Below, one piece after another: positions 39,304-49,922 of a DNA stretch of 64,000 nt. Source of the stretch: Syntrophales bacterium (GTDB taxonomy: Bacteria; Desulfobacterota; Syntrophia; Syntrophales; UBA2210); assembly GCA_028718565.1 (NCBI GenBank), contig JAQULO010000004.1, forward strand, positions 3,148-67,147, read 5' to 3'. The notes beneath the pieces are model-generated. The model was not told where the DNA came from. It ran no database searches and was given only the letters and a program-made list of their open reading frames with translations. A program made the position numbers and the translations under genes. Each line of letters starts with the position of its first letter. Position 1 is the stretch's first letter.

Positions 39304-41019
39304 GTGGGAATAAGGCTTGCCGAGACAGCAGGTTTTTGCATGGGGGTGAAGAGGGCGGTGGATATGGTCCTTGCGCTGACCCGTCACAGAGGGGATAAAA
39401 AAGTGTATACCTATGGGCCCCTTATACACAATCCCCAGACGGTCGAACTTCTCAGGGAACGGGGTGTCATCCCGGTGGATAGCGTCGATTCGGTTCAAGA
39501 TGGGATCATGGTGATACGGGCACATGGAATATCCCCCCAGGAAAGGGAACGGATCAGGGAAAAGGGGATAGAAATCGCAGATGCCACCTGCCCGCGCGTC
39601 GCAAGCGTCCAGGCTATCATCAAGAAACATGTGGCACGCGATCATGCGGTGATCATAGTCGGGGACAGGGAGCATCCGGAGGTCGCCAGCCTCCTTGGGT
39701 ATGCCTCAGGCAAGGGGGTTGTTATCAACGATACGAAAGATGTCGACGATCTTCCCTGCTACGGCAAGGTGTGCGTTGTCGCCCAGACGACGCAGGATTC
39801 GGTGAGATACAAGGAAATGGTACAGGAAATAACCCGTAGATTTCCGGGGGCCATGATCTTTGATACCATATGCGATTCAACCGAGCAGAGACAGACCGAG
39901 ATCAAGAAAATGGCCTATGAGATGGACGGAATGATAATCGTGGGGGGGAAGGACAGCGCGAATACCCGGAGGCTTGCCGCGATATCCCGGAACTGCGGGA
40001 CCCGCACGCTGCATGTCGAGACCGCCGAAGAGCTTGACGGCATTGATTTGAATGGATGCGAAAATATTGGGGTATCCGCGGGGGCGTCCACGCCGAACTG
40101 GATTACGGAGGGAGTGATAGACTGCCTCACCCACAACAGGAGGGGGAAGCCGACGGGTAAACTGAGGGGACTGTACAACCTCTGGATATTCTCTGTCAAA
40201 ACAGACCTTGCCTCCGCTATTGGTGCCGGATTTCTCTCGCTGGTCAGCATTATGCTCCAGGGTCTTGAGGTAGATGTGTCACACATACTCATTGCCTCGT
40301 TGTGTGTATATGCCATACACACCCTAAACAGGCTACGGGGCAGGAGTTTCGGAAGAATCAAGGGGAGTTTCAGGGAAAAATCCTACATGCAATACAAGGG
40401 CACTTACATGACAATCGCCGTAGCCTCCCTTGCCCTCGCACTTTACTTTTCCTTCATGGCAGGGCTGGCACCCTTTATCCTGGTCGGGTCGATTTCAATC
40501 TTTGGGATTCTCTATACGGTCAACGTGGGGGGAAAAAGACTGGAAGATCTCCCCGGTTCCAAGAACTTTTTTACCGCTATGGCGTGGGCCGCCCTGACTG
40601 CCGTAGTTCCGCAGATAAGCGTCGGCCTGGAGATAACCTGCGGGATGGTGGTTGCTTTTGTATTTGTATTTGCCCTTGTCTTCTCAAAATCGGTTCTTTC
40701 GGATACCCTGGATATTCAGAGCGACCGCCTGATCGGCCGGGAAACGATCCCCGTTGTTATGGGGGAAGTAGGGGCAAGGAGCCTGTTGAAGGGTATATCG
40801 GTTTTGACCGGCATTGTGCTGATCGCCGCACTGCCCGCTGGATGCGTCCCTTCGTTGAGCTTGGCGCTCCTGGTGCCGGTGTTTTATGTATGGATTTGTC
40901 TAGGACTTTGTGATAGAAGGTCCCAGTTTTCCAGGATGGCGCTGGAGGGGTTGCTGGGTGTCAACTACGCAATTGCCGGGTTGAGCGCCTGCCTCTGGTT
41001 TATTGTAACAAAGCTGTAG
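39304..41019 (+). CDS. ispH: 4-hydroxy-3-methylbut-2-enyl diphosphate reductase (IspH/LytB) fused to a C-terminal UbiA-like polytopic membrane domain
   Basis: The N-terminal ~280 aa carry the three IspH cluster cysteines (GFCMGVKRAV, ATCPRV, ICDSTEQRQ) and SAGASTP. The C-terminal ~290 aa have 7-8 TM segments and the UbiA second motif SDTLDIQSDRLIGRETIPV. It is one uninterrupted ORF. Confidence 0.8.
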   Translation: MGIRLAETAGFCMGVKRAVDMVLALTRHRGDKKVYTYGPLIHNPQTVELLRERGVIPVDSVDSVQDGIMVIRAHGISPQERERIREKGIEIADATCPRVASVQAIIKKHVARDHAVIIVGDREHPEVASLLGYASGKGVVINDTKDVDDLPCYGKVCVVAQTTQDSVRYKEMVQEITRRFPGAMIFDTICDSTEQRQTEIKKMAYEMDGMIIVGGKDSANTRRLAAISRNCGTRTLHVETAEELDGIDLNGCENIGVSAGASTPNWITEGVIDCLTHNRRGKPTGKLRGLYNLWIFSVKTDLASAIGAGFLSLVSIMLQGLEVDVSHILIASLCVYAIHTLNRLRGRSFGRIKGSFREKSYMQYKGTYMTIAVASLALALYFSFMAGLAPFILVGSISIFGILYTVNVGGKRLEDLPGSKNFFTAMAWAALTAVVPQISVGLEITCGMVVAFVFVFALVFSKSVLSDTLDIQSDRLIGRETIPVVMGEVGARSLLKGISVLTGIVLIAALPAGCVPSLSLALLVPVFYVWICLGLCDRRSQFSRMALEGLLGVNYAIAGLSACLWFIVTKL

Positions 41020-41038
41020 AAAACCTTGGTCCGGGGGG

Positions 41039-41638
41039 GTGTCGATGCGTGTAAGGGTATCGAGGGTGATCTTCGGAGCGTTGCTCTGCGTGGTGCTTGC
41101 AGCCTGCGGGGAGTTGCGCTTTTCCAAAGTTGCGCCGGGCATCGGTGAGTTTCATCCTGAAAAGATATGCGTGCTTCCGGTCGATGCGGGTGTCTGCAAA
41201 GACGAGGCGGGGGATATAGCCGACGACCTTATTGTGGATATTGTCAAAGGGAAAGGGTGGTTCTCCACCGTTGTTTCACCTAAAGAGGTCGCGAAGCTCA
41301 TGGAAAACGACAGCAGGCTGAGGGATGCCGTTACCGGGTACCTCGCAAAGTTGGAGACGGTATGTTTTTCTGACCCCGAGATGAGCAGATATATAGGCAC
41401 GGCATTAAACGTCGATGCTCTCCTCGTTGTGGGTGTGGATTTTTGGAACTATACGACGCAGGGGGATGATAAACTCGCCAAGGCAGGTTTCAGTATGAGT
41501 CTGGTGGCAGCGCAGAAGGGCGAGGTTATGTGGAAGGCGAACCACTGTGATACGACGGACTACAAGTGGTTCAAACCTGATCTTGCCGCCTTTGCGCGGG
41601 GTGTGGCAAAAGAGATGATTTCGTACATGCCTCATTAA
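41039..41638 (+). CDS. Putative lipoprotein, function unknown
   Basis: Signal peptide with lipobox VLAACG. The overall layout is loosely similar to the lipoprotein at 27563-28330. Confidence 0.55.
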   Translation: MSMRVRVSRVIFGALLCVVLAACGELRFSKVAPGIGEFHPEKICVLPVDAGVCKDEAGDIADDLIVDIVKGKGWFSTVVSPKEVAKLMENDSRLRDAVTGYLAKLETVCFSDPEMSRYIGTALNVDALLVVGVDFWNYTTQGDDKLAKAGFSMSLVAAQKGEVMWKANHCDTTDYKWFKPDLAAFARGVAKEMISYMPH

Positions 41639-41777
41639 GGTTAAGGCTCAGCGGTGCCTGCGGGAGCTGCCCCATGCTCCATGAAGACGGGGATCGAACG
41701 ACCCCTCGAGGAGAGGGCTCCCCCGGGGGGGGGTGAAGGTGTGGTCGTGTAACAGGTAACCTTGTAATATTTGGTAG

Positions 41778-41978
<201 letters not shown>

Positions 41979-42020
41979 TGGCCGGTAGCCGGCTCTTCCC
42001 TGTTTGTGAGGCCGGAGCGT

Positions 42021-42662
42021 ATGGGTTTATTCGTTACATTTGAGGGGATCGAAGGCTCAGGAAAGACAACCCAGATCAGAAAGGCTGCGGATTATCTGAA
42101 GGAACGGGGCGTACCTTGCGTAGTGACCGGCGAGCCGGGGGGGACCCCCGTAGGGGGCGAATTGAGGAAAATCCTGCTGGATAAGACGGCTCTTGCGCTG
42201 TCCGGCAGGACGGAGTTGTTGCTCTTTGCAGCAGACAGGGCCCAGCATGTCGAAGATGTTATAGCACCCGCGATGGGGGGGGGCGAGGTGGTGTTGTGTG
42301 ACCGTTTTTCCGACGCTACTGTCGCGTACCAGGGATATGGAAGAGGACAGGACGTCGGGTTCATCCAGGCGCTGTGCGCCTTTGCATCTCGATCTCTGGT
42401 TCCCGACATGACGTTTCTTTTCGACATTTCCGCCGATGCCGGGCTCAGCAGGGTAATGGATCGTGCGCGCAGGGCGGGGAATGTCCCCCGTGAGGACCGG
42501 TTTGAGAGGGAACGCCTGAATTTTCATGAAATAATCAGAGATGGGTACCTTGCGCTGGCCCGGGAGGAACCGGACCGATTCAGGGTAATAGACGCCTCCA
42601 GAGATATCGGTACGGTGCACCATGACGTGTGTATCCATCTGAAGGGGCTAATCGAAAGATAG
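42021..42662 (+). CDS. tmk: Thymidylate kinase
   Basis: FVTFEGIEGSGKTTQ and DRF.DAT.AYQG. Confidence 0.9.
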   Translation: MGLFVTFEGIEGSGKTTQIRKAADYLKERGVPCVVTGEPGGTPVGGELRKILLDKTALALSGRTELLLFAADRAQHVEDVIAPAMGGGEVVLCDRFSDATVAYQGYGRGQDVGFIQALCAFASRSLVPDMTFLFDISADAGLSRVMDRARRAGNVPREDRFERERLNFHEIIRDGYLALAREEPDRFRVIDASRDIGTVHHDVCIHLKGLIER

Positions 42663-42667
42663 GGCTT

Positions 42668-43651
42668 ATGCCGTTTTGCGATATTTATGGTCAGGGAAGG
42701 CGGATAGACGTACTCCAAAGTGCCATGAAAAGGGAACGGGTCCCGCATGCGTATCTTTTCCATGGTATGCAGGGTGTCGGGAAAAGGACCACGGCACAGG
42801 CTCTCGCACAGGCCCTGAATTGTCGCGAGAATAATGCCGATTTCTGCGGCAGGTGCCCTTCATGCCTCAAGGCAGACCATCGGAACCATCCCGATATCGT
42901 TGTGATAGAACCGGAAGGGATCTTCATCAAGATCGACAGGATAAGAGACCTTCAGAAGCAGATACAATTCAGGCCGTTTGAGGGCAGAAAGAAGGTTTTC
43001 ATACTGGAAGATGCGGACAGGATGAATGACGCGTCGGCCAATGCCCTTCTGAAGACCCTTGAGGAACCGAGCCCCTCCAATGTCCTGATATTGACAACAT
43101 CTCGTGTCCATAAGCTCCCCCAGACGATCATCTCGCGATGCCAGAGGATACGGTTTCAACCCCTGCGGTCTGAGGTTGTCGTATCTTTCCTTATAGACAA
43201 ATTATCGATGGATACTCAATCGGCACGGGCTGTCGCCTCCTCAGCCGGAGGAAGTATCGGCAGGGCCTTGGCGATATCCAAGGAATCGTTCCTTGACTTT
43301 AAGAATGAGGTGACCGGTATACTTTCCGCCTCCGACCGTGTTCCCCTGGACATGATCTTCCTTGCAGACAGCTTCGGAAAGGATAGAGATTCCGCCTTAC
43401 AGCGGCTTGACATCTTCAGGGAGTGGTACCGGGATATGCTGGTATACCGAGAGCTGCACGATGTGGACAGGCTCATGCACCCGGATGTTGCCGGAGCCAC
43501 GAAAGTTTTTTCAGAAAAAATGACAGGTGCCGATATCCTGGACAGTATAAAGAATATACGGAACGCCCAGGGTGCCATTGAGCAGAACGCCAACAGACAA
43601 TTGATACTGGAGTCCATGACATTACGGCTCAAGACCCTCAGTCAGGTTTAA
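42668..43651 (+). CDS. holB: DNA polymerase III delta' subunit
   Basis: HAYLFHG..GVGKRT.A.ALAQALNC with a Zn module C..C.SC, and the SRC motif (IISRCQ). Confidence 0.85.
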   Translation: MPFCDIYGQGRRIDVLQSAMKRERVPHAYLFHGMQGVGKRTTAQALAQALNCRENNADFCGRCPSCLKADHRNHPDIVVIEPEGIFIKIDRIRDLQKQIQFRPFEGRKKVFILEDADRMNDASANALLKTLEEPSPSNVLILTTSRVHKLPQTIISRCQRIRFQPLRSEVVVSFLIDKLSMDTQSARAVASSAGGSIGRALAISKESFLDFKNEVTGILSASDRVPLDMIFLADSFGKDRDSALQRLDIFREWYRDMLVYRELHDVDRLMHPDVAGATKVFSEKMTGADILDSIKNIRNAQGAIEQNANRQLILESMTLRLKTLSQV

Positions 43652-43652
43652 G

Positions 43653-44504
43653 ATGGAACATAACGATACTAAAAGCATTGTAGGGATCAGGTTTAAAGAC
43701 AAGGGGAAGGTGTATTCATTCGACGCCACCGGCGTTTTTCTGGAGGAAGGAGACAACGCTATTGTGGATACCGAGTCGGGACCGGCAATGGGGTCCGCCG
43801 CAACCGGTATTCGCGCCCTTTCCCGAGACACATTGCCCCGCACCCTCCGTAAGGTTGTGCGTAAGGCCACCGACGAGGATATGAAGGTCCATGAAGGGAA
43901 TGTGAGGATGGAGGAAGAGGCCCTGACCTTTTGCATGGAGAAGATCAAACAGAGAAATCTTGCCATGCGGCTGGTCAATGTAGAGGCGCTCTTCGATAAA
44001 AGCAAGCTGGCGTTTTACTTCACTGCGGAGAGCAGGGTCGACTTCAGGGAGTTGGTAAAAGATCTGGTACGGAAGTACAAGACACGGATTGAGTTGAGGC
44101 AGATCTGGGTCAGAAGTGAGGCCCGCATATATGGGGGCATCGGTATGTGTGGCAGAGAGCTCTGCTGCTCCAGCTTTCTCAATGGCTTTGCGCCGGTGTC
44201 GATCAAGATGGCCAAGGAGCAGAACATGCTCCTTAATCCGGAAAAGATATCAGGCCTGTGCGGAAGGCTTATGTGCTGCCTTGCGTTTGAGCATGAACAA
44301 TATATGAAGGCGAAGAAGGATATGCCCAAATGTGGAAAGATCGTGACCACCCCCGAGGGGAAGGGCAAGGTGCTGAGACAGAACATACTTAAGAGGATGG
44401 TCGTTGTGGATCTCGGTGATGGAAAAGAGGTGGAGCTCCCGGTGGACGAGATTCAGAGGGAAGACAAGGATCCAAAGCCGGCGACAGGGAGAAAGAAGCA
44501 GTGA
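43653..44504 (+). CDS. ricT: PSP1-domain protein (RicT/YaaT family)
   Basis: VGIRFKDKGKVYSFDA...GD..IV.TE.G, a Cys cluster CGRELCCSSFL...CGRLMCCL, and conserved tmk-holB-ricT-metG synteny. Confidence 0.8.
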   Translation: MEHNDTKSIVGIRFKDKGKVYSFDATGVFLEEGDNAIVDTESGPAMGSAATGIRALSRDTLPRTLRKVVRKATDEDMKVHEGNVRMEEEALTFCMEKIKQRNLAMRLVNVEALFDKSKLAFYFTAESRVDFRELVKDLVRKYKTRIELRQIWVRSEARIYGGIGMCGRELCCSSFLNGFAPVSIKMAKEQNMLLNPEKISGLCGRLMCCLAFEHEQYMKAKKDMPKCGKIVTTPEGKGKVLRQNILKRMVVVDLGDGKEVELPVDEIQREDKDPKPATGRKKQ

Positions 44505-44518
44505 TTTCGGAGAAAAAG

Positions 44519-46408
44519 ATGAAAGATTTTTATATCACGACGCCTATATATTACGTGAACGCGTCTCCACACATAGGGCACGCGTATACGACCATAGTGG
44601 CCGATGTTATGGCCCGGTTCCACCGGATGGCAGGGTACCAAACCTATTTTCTGACCGGCACCGACGAACATGGAGACAAGGTCGCAGAAGCGGCACGGCA
44701 GGCTGGCGAGGCCCCTCAGGAGTATGCGGACAGGATAAGCGGACAGTTCAGGGATCTCTGGCCGAAGCTCTCGATAACCAATGATTATTTTGTCAGGACA
44801 ACGGACCCGGATCATAAAGAGTTGGTCAGATCGATACTACAGAAAGTGTATGATGCGGGGGACATATATTTTGGTGAGTACGAGGGGCATTACTGCGTGG
44901 GATGTGAGCGCTTTTACCGGGAGAGCGAACTGGTAGACGGTATGTGCCCGGATCACCTCACCGTTCCGGAAACCAGGAAAGAGAGCAACTATTTTTTCAG
45001 GATGAGCAAGTATCAGGATTGGCTGATTGGTCATATTCAGGATAACCCTGACTTTATCAGGCCGGAGAGGTACAAAAATGAGGCCCTTGCCTTTCTGAAA
45101 GAACCGCTCGAAGACCTCTGCATATCGAGGCCCAAAACACGGCTGACCTGGGGGATAACACTTCCTTTTGATGAGCAGTATGTGACCTATGTATGGTTTG
45201 ACGCGCTGATCAATTATCTGACGGGGATCGGGTATCCCGACAGCAACCAGTTCAAGACCTTCTGGCCCGTCTCAGAGCATCTGATAGCCAAGGACATCCT
45301 CAAACCGCACGGCATCTACTGGCCCACCATGCTGAAGGGGGCGGGTATAGAGCCTTACCAGCACCTGAACGTTCACGGGTACTGGAATATCGACCAGAGC
45401 AAAATGTCGAAGAGCCGCGGAACGGTGGTTAAGCCCCTGGACCTTAAAGACACGTACGGACTGGATGCGTTTCGCTATTTTTTGATGAGGGATATGGTCT
45501 TCGGCCTTGATTCAAACTTCAGCGAAGAGGCCTTTGTCCAGAGGATAAACGCCGATCTGGCGAATGACCTGGGAAATCTGGTCAGCCGGTCCCTCTCCAT
45601 GTCGGTGAAATACTGCGACGCCAGAGTGTCTGCCGCCGCCGATCATCCGGATGATGCCCCCCTGATTGCGAGGGCGGGGAAACTGTTTCCCGAGGTGGAG
45701 ACCTCTTTCCAGGTCCTGATGTTCCATAAGGCCCTCATCTCCATCTGGGAGTTCATTAACCTGACAAACCGGTACATCGTGGAGCGGGAGCCATGGGTCC
45801 TGGCCAAGGATCCGGCTGCCCGGGCACGCCTGGACACGGTTATTTACAACATACTGGAGTCCCTCCGTGTCATAGCCGTTATGATCTTCCCCTTTATGCC
45901 CGATTCTGCCGGGGATATCTTGCGCAGGCTCGGGATAGAAGATATTGACTCCCAGGATTTCAGCAGCATACGCGCATGGGGCGGCCTTCCGGTTGGCAAT
46001 GTCATCACCCGCGGAACATCCCTCTTTCCCCGTGTGGAATGTGAGAAGCAGGTTGATACCGCCGCCCAGGCCCTGGCCGACATCAAAGAAGAAATATCCT
46101 TCGAGGATTTTCAGAAGGTCGACCTGCGAGTAGCGCTGGTGGTTGAAGCCGAAAGGGTCAAAAAATCGGACAAGCTACTGAGGCTGACGATCGACGTGGG
46201 AGAGAGGCGGACCATCGTCGCCGGGATCGGCGTAAGTTATCGACCTGAAGACCTTGTCGGGAAGAAGATAGCCGTCATACTGAATATGAAGCCGGTAAAA
46301 CTGATGGGGGTTGAGTCACACGGGATGCTCCTGGCGGCTGAGATGAGGGGCACAGTTTCCCTGGTGTCCTTCGATGGTGATGCCGTTGTTGGGGCACGGA
46401 TAAGCTGA
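44519..46408 (+). CDS. metG: Methionine--tRNA ligase with a C-terminal tRNA-binding (Trbp111/EMAP-like) domain
   Basis: FYITTPIYYVNASPHIGHAYT, KMSKSRG, and a Zn knuckle CVGCERFY...CPDH. The C-terminal domain reads DLRVALVVEAERVKKSDKLLRL. ATG at 44519 follows GGAG. Confidence 0.95.
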   Translation: MKDFYITTPIYYVNASPHIGHAYTTIVADVMARFHRMAGYQTYFLTGTDEHGDKVAEAARQAGEAPQEYADRISGQFRDLWPKLSITNDYFVRTTDPDHKELVRSILQKVYDAGDIYFGEYEGHYCVGCERFYRESELVDGMCPDHLTVPETRKESNYFFRMSKYQDWLIGHIQDNPDFIRPERYKNEALAFLKEPLEDLCISRPKTRLTWGITLPFDEQYVTYVWFDALINYLTGIGYPDSNQFKTFWPVSEHLIAKDILKPHGIYWPTMLKGAGIEPYQHLNVHGYWNIDQSKMSKSRGTVVKPLDLKDTYGLDAFRYFLMRDMVFGLDSNFSEEAFVQRINADLANDLGNLVSRSLSMSVKYCDARVSAAADHPDDAPLIARAGKLFPEVETSFQVLMFHKALISIWEFINLTNRYIVEREPWVLAKDPAARARLDTVIYNILESLRVIAVMIFPFMPDSAGDILRRLGIEDIDSQDFSSIRAWGGLPVGNVITRGTSLFPRVECEKQVDTAAQALADIKEEISFEDFQKVDLRVALVVEAERVKKSDKLLRLTIDVGERRTIVAGIGVSYRPEDLVGKKIAVILNMKPVKLMGVESHGMLLAAEMRGTVSLVSFDGDAVVGARIS

Positions 46409-46508
46409 TACACCCTACATCCCGCAGGCCGGGGGATATATGTAATGCCGTTTGCTCCCTGGTCGTGTTCCGACGCAGTAGAAAGCCTGCTTTTCCTGTT
46501 CGGGAGCC

Positions 46509-47282
46509 ATGGAGCCACGTAAATTACCGGGTATTGGGATCATCATCTTTTTCCTGATCCTGCTGTGCTTAGCGGGGTGCGCTCTGCGCCATGTCTTCCC
46601 CCCTGATTATCGTCCACCCGTACCTGAAAAGAAACTCGACCGGATGGGCTACACCATCCAGGTCGGCGCCTTTGCGCAGGTTGAAAACGCCGCGCGGCTT
46701 GCCAATCGGCTGAACCTCGATAATCTGGATGCCTATTATTTCCTTTACAAACAGGGGCTGTACAAGGTTCGCTTCGGTAATTTCCCGACCAGGGACCTCG
46801 CTGCCAGGGAGGCGGAAATCTTGAAGGCAATGGGGGTGATAGGCCAGTATTATATCGTCCGTCCGGAAGAGTATTCCATAACAAAAAGACCGCCCTACGA
46901 TGATCGTCTCTTCAGAGATGAAATCGTCAGGACGGCCAGAAGCTTTATAGGTGTCCCCTATCAGTGGGGAGGTGTTTCCGCCGAGAAGGGATTTGACTGT
47001 AGCGGCCTAGCGATGGCCATCTACCGGCTCAATGGTCTTAATCTTCCCCGCACATCCGGCCAGCAGTATGAAGCAGGCAAGCCTGTCAGTCGGGAAGATC
47101 TGATCAAGGGAGACCTGATCTTCTTTGACACCCGCGGCAAGGGGGGGATTTCCCATGTGGGAATCTATGCCGGGCAAGGTCAGTTTATCCATGCCCCACG
47201 AACGGGTAAAACGGTGCGCACCAACTTACTCTCAAATACATACTATAAAGAACGATATATCGGAGCCAGAACGTACCTGTAA
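46509..47282 (+). CDS. Lipoprotein with a SPOR domain and an NlpC/P60 (C40) peptidoglycan endopeptidase domain
   Basis: Lipobox LCLAGC; SPOR-like YTIQVGAFAQVENAARLANRL...YKVRFGNF; catalytic FDCSGL and ISHVGIY. Confidence 0.85.
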   Translation: MEPRKLPGIGIIIFFLILLCLAGCALRHVFPPDYRPPVPEKKLDRMGYTIQVGAFAQVENAARLANRLNLDNLDAYYFLYKQGLYKVRFGNFPTRDLAAREAEILKAMGVIGQYYIVRPEEYSITKRPPYDDRLFRDEIVRTARSFIGVPYQWGGVSAEKGFDCSGLAMAIYRLNGLNLPRTSGQQYEAGKPVSREDLIKGDLIFFDTRGKGGISHVGIYAGQGQFIHAPRTGKTVRTNLLSNTYYKERYIGARTYL

Positions 47283-47745
47283 TTCCATTTTTAAGTATAG
47301 AGTATACGTTGAAACATGCTGTTGTGGAAAGGTAACTCATTAATAGTGTTTGACATTTTTTAATTTTCCTTGCCATATTCCTGCTAAATTCATCGCTTCG
47401 GAGGAACTATGGGCTTCAAGACGATGAAAAACCCTCACCTTTACCGATCTCTCCCGCTTCTCTTCCATCGAAAAGAACCGGGCCATCAAAAGAAAAGAAT
47501 GGGGCAAAACAACTCCATCGGGAATTGGTTTCGCATCGATAGTCTGCTTATAAAAAACTATCATCTACTTGTGTTTCAACAGGACAATAAGCAGATCCGG
47601 AAGGTTAATTTTGTCCTCTTCAACCATCCTAATCATATCGTACCTGCTTCCGTGGGGTTCTGTCAGGTCAAAAAAATGAGTGCTCGAGATACTCACGGCC
47701 GTTTCATCCCAACATCCCGTTAATCCTAAGAACCCCGCGACCTCT

Positions 47746-48681
47746 CTAGAGGATTTCATCAAAATATTCAATGGTTTTTTTGAGGCCTTCTTCCAAACCT
47801 GTTTCCGGCTTCCAGCCTAGTTTTTCTCCGGCCAGGGTGATATCGGGCTGGCGTTGCCGTGGATCGTCCTGTGGGAGAGGGTCGTGAACAAGTTTTGATT
47901 TTGAATGGGTTATTTCTATAATTTTCTCAGCTAGTTCCAGTATTGAGAATTCGCCGGGGTTTCCCAGGTTCACGGGACCGATGAAGTTGTCAGGGCCATT
48001 CATCATACGGATCATCCCTTCTATCAAGTCATCGACATAGCAGAATGAGCGTGTCTGCGTTCCGTCACCGAAGACCGTTATATCCTGGTTTTTGAGGGCC
48101 TTGACGATAAAGTTGCTGACGACTCGTCCGTCGTTCGGGTGCATTCTCGGACCATAGGTGTTGAATATCCGGACGACCCTGATATCGACCTTGTTCTGCC
48201 GGTGGTAATCGAAGAAGAGAGTCTCTGCACAGCGTTTCCCTTCGTCATAGCAGGACCGTATGCCGATAGTGTTGACGTTGCCCCGGTAGTCTTCCTTCTG
48301 AGGGTGAACTGCCGGGTCCCCATATACTTCGCTGGTGGATGCCTGGAGTATCCTTGCCTTTACCCTTTTGGCCAGCCCCAGCATGTGGATGGCGCCCATG
48401 ACACTGGTTTTGACGGTCTTGACCGGATTGTACTGATAATGGATGGGCGAAGCAGGGCATGCCAGGTTGTATATCTGATCCACTTCCAGAAAAATGGGCT
48501 GTACCAGATCATGGCGTATGAGTTCGAAATTGGGTCTTCCAAGAAGGTGACTTACGTTCCGCTTTCCGCCGGTGAAGAAATTGTCCAGGCACAAAACATC
48601 GTGGCCTTCCGCGACCAGACGGTCACAGAGGTGGGAACCAAGGAACCCGGCACCGCCGGTAATTAAAATAGAACATTTCAT
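47746..48681 (-). CDS. UDP-glucuronate decarboxylase (UDP-xylose synthase)
   Basis: [46 protein letters not shown] at 48681. Confidence 0.85.
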   Translation of the reverse strand: MKCSILITGGAGFLGSHLCDRLVAEGHDVLCLDNFFTGGKRNVSHLLGRPNFELIRHDLVQPIFLEVDQIYNLACPASPIHYQYNPVKTVKTSVMGAIHMLGLAKRVKARILQASTSEVYGDPAVHPQKEDYRGNVNTIGIRSCYDEGKRCAETLFFDYHRQNKVDIRVVRIFNTYGPRMHPNDGRVVSNFIVKALKNQDITVFGDGTQTRSFCYVDDLIEGMIRMMNGPDNFIGPVNLGNPGEFSILELAEKIIEITHSKSKLVHDPLPQDDPRQRQPDITLAGEKLGWKPETGLEEGLKKTIEYFDEIL

Positions 48682-48822
48682 AGTTTTACAAAAACCACCG
48701 CGATATAGCATTCCCAGGGTAACGGCCGAAGCAATCAGAAAATATATTCAGTATCACTGTGATCAAGAAACGACTCCAAGCAGTTAGAATTGTTTTAAGG
48801 TTTTGAATGTCCCGCCCTGTGG

Positions 48823-49881
48823 TCAGGGTAATTCACTCAAGTAAAATTCGTACGTCTTTTCTATTCCTTTTTCAAGGGGGGTATTCGCTCTCCATCCCTT
48901 GCCTTGTATCCTGGAAATATCGAGAAGCTTCTGCGGGGTACCGTCAGGATTTGTTCTGTCCCACTCGATCCGTCCGTTGCAGCCAACAATCCTTGATATC
49001 ATTTCAGCCATCCCCCGTATGGTTATATCTGTGCCGGTACCGATGTTGATGAATTCGCCTATATCGATCGCGTCGTACTGTTCCATGAGAAGGACAGTGG
49101 CGGCGGACAGGTCGTCCGCGTAGAGGAATTCCCTCTTCGGTTCTCCGGTACCCCACAGGACGATCTTGTCAGGGTGGATCCCAAATCCCGACAGGTGCTT
49201 CGCAAGCAAATCCGGATCATCGGCGGGCCCGGCGGGCAGATTGTTCCCAAACCGTTCAAGGTCGCGCGCAATGAACGCGTAGTCTTTCTGCGAGAGAATT
49301 TTCGCCAAGTGCAGTTTGCGGATCAATGCGGGGAGAACATGCGAGGTCGAAAGGTCGAAGTTGTCATTCAGACCATAGAGGTTTGTGGGCATGACGGACA
49401 TGAAATTTGTCCCGTACTGCTCGTTGTAGTACCGGCACAGTTTTATTGCGGCTATCTTTGCTATGGCGTAGGGTTCGTTCGTCGGTTCCAACTCCGACGT
49501 CAGGAGGTACTCTTCCTTCAGGGGCTGCGGCGCCTGCCTGGGATAGATGCAGGAGGAGCCGAGGTTCAGGAGCTTTTTGACCCCATATCTGTACGAGGCA
49601 TGGATCACATTGGCCGATATCATTATGTTTTCATAGATGAACTGGGCCTTATATGTACTATTGGCAAGGATGCCTCCCACCTTCGCGGCACAGAGAAAGA
49701 CCATCTCCGGCCGTTCTTTTTCAAAAAAGCTTTCGACATCCTGTTGCCTTGTGAGATCGAGCTGGGCGTGAGACCTACAGATAAGGTTAGAGTATCCACT
49801 GTCTTCAAGCCTTCTCACGATGGCAGAGCCCACCATACCGCGATGACCGGCGACGTAAATTTTAGAATCTGTCTGCTTCAT
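48823..49881 (-). CDS. fcl: GDP-L-fucose synthase (GDP-4-keto-6-deoxymannose 3,5-epimerase/4-reductase)
   Basis: IYVAGHRGMVGSAI.R.L, LGSSCIYP, YAIAK; it lies immediately downstream of gmd. Confidence 0.85.
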   Translation of the reverse strand: MKQTDSKIYVAGHRGMVGSAIVRRLEDSGYSNLICRSHAQLDLTRQQDVESFFEKERPEMVFLCAAKVGGILANSTYKAQFIYENIMISANVIHASYRYGVKKLLNLGSSCIYPRQAPQPLKEEYLLTSELEPTNEPYAIAKIAAIKLCRYYNEQYGTNFMSVMPTNLYGLNDNFDLSTSHVLPALIRKLHLAKILSQKDYAFIARDLERFGNNLPAGPADDPDLLAKHLSGFGIHPDKIVLWGTGEPKREFLYADDLSAATVLLMEQYDAIDIGEFINIGTGTDITIRGMAEMISRIVGCNGRIEWDRTNPDGTPQKLLDISRIQGKGWRANTPLEKGIEKTYEFYLSELP

Positions 49882-49922
49882 CTTTTTGAGTTTACTGTCG
49901 ACTATTTTTTGTCACTATTTTA

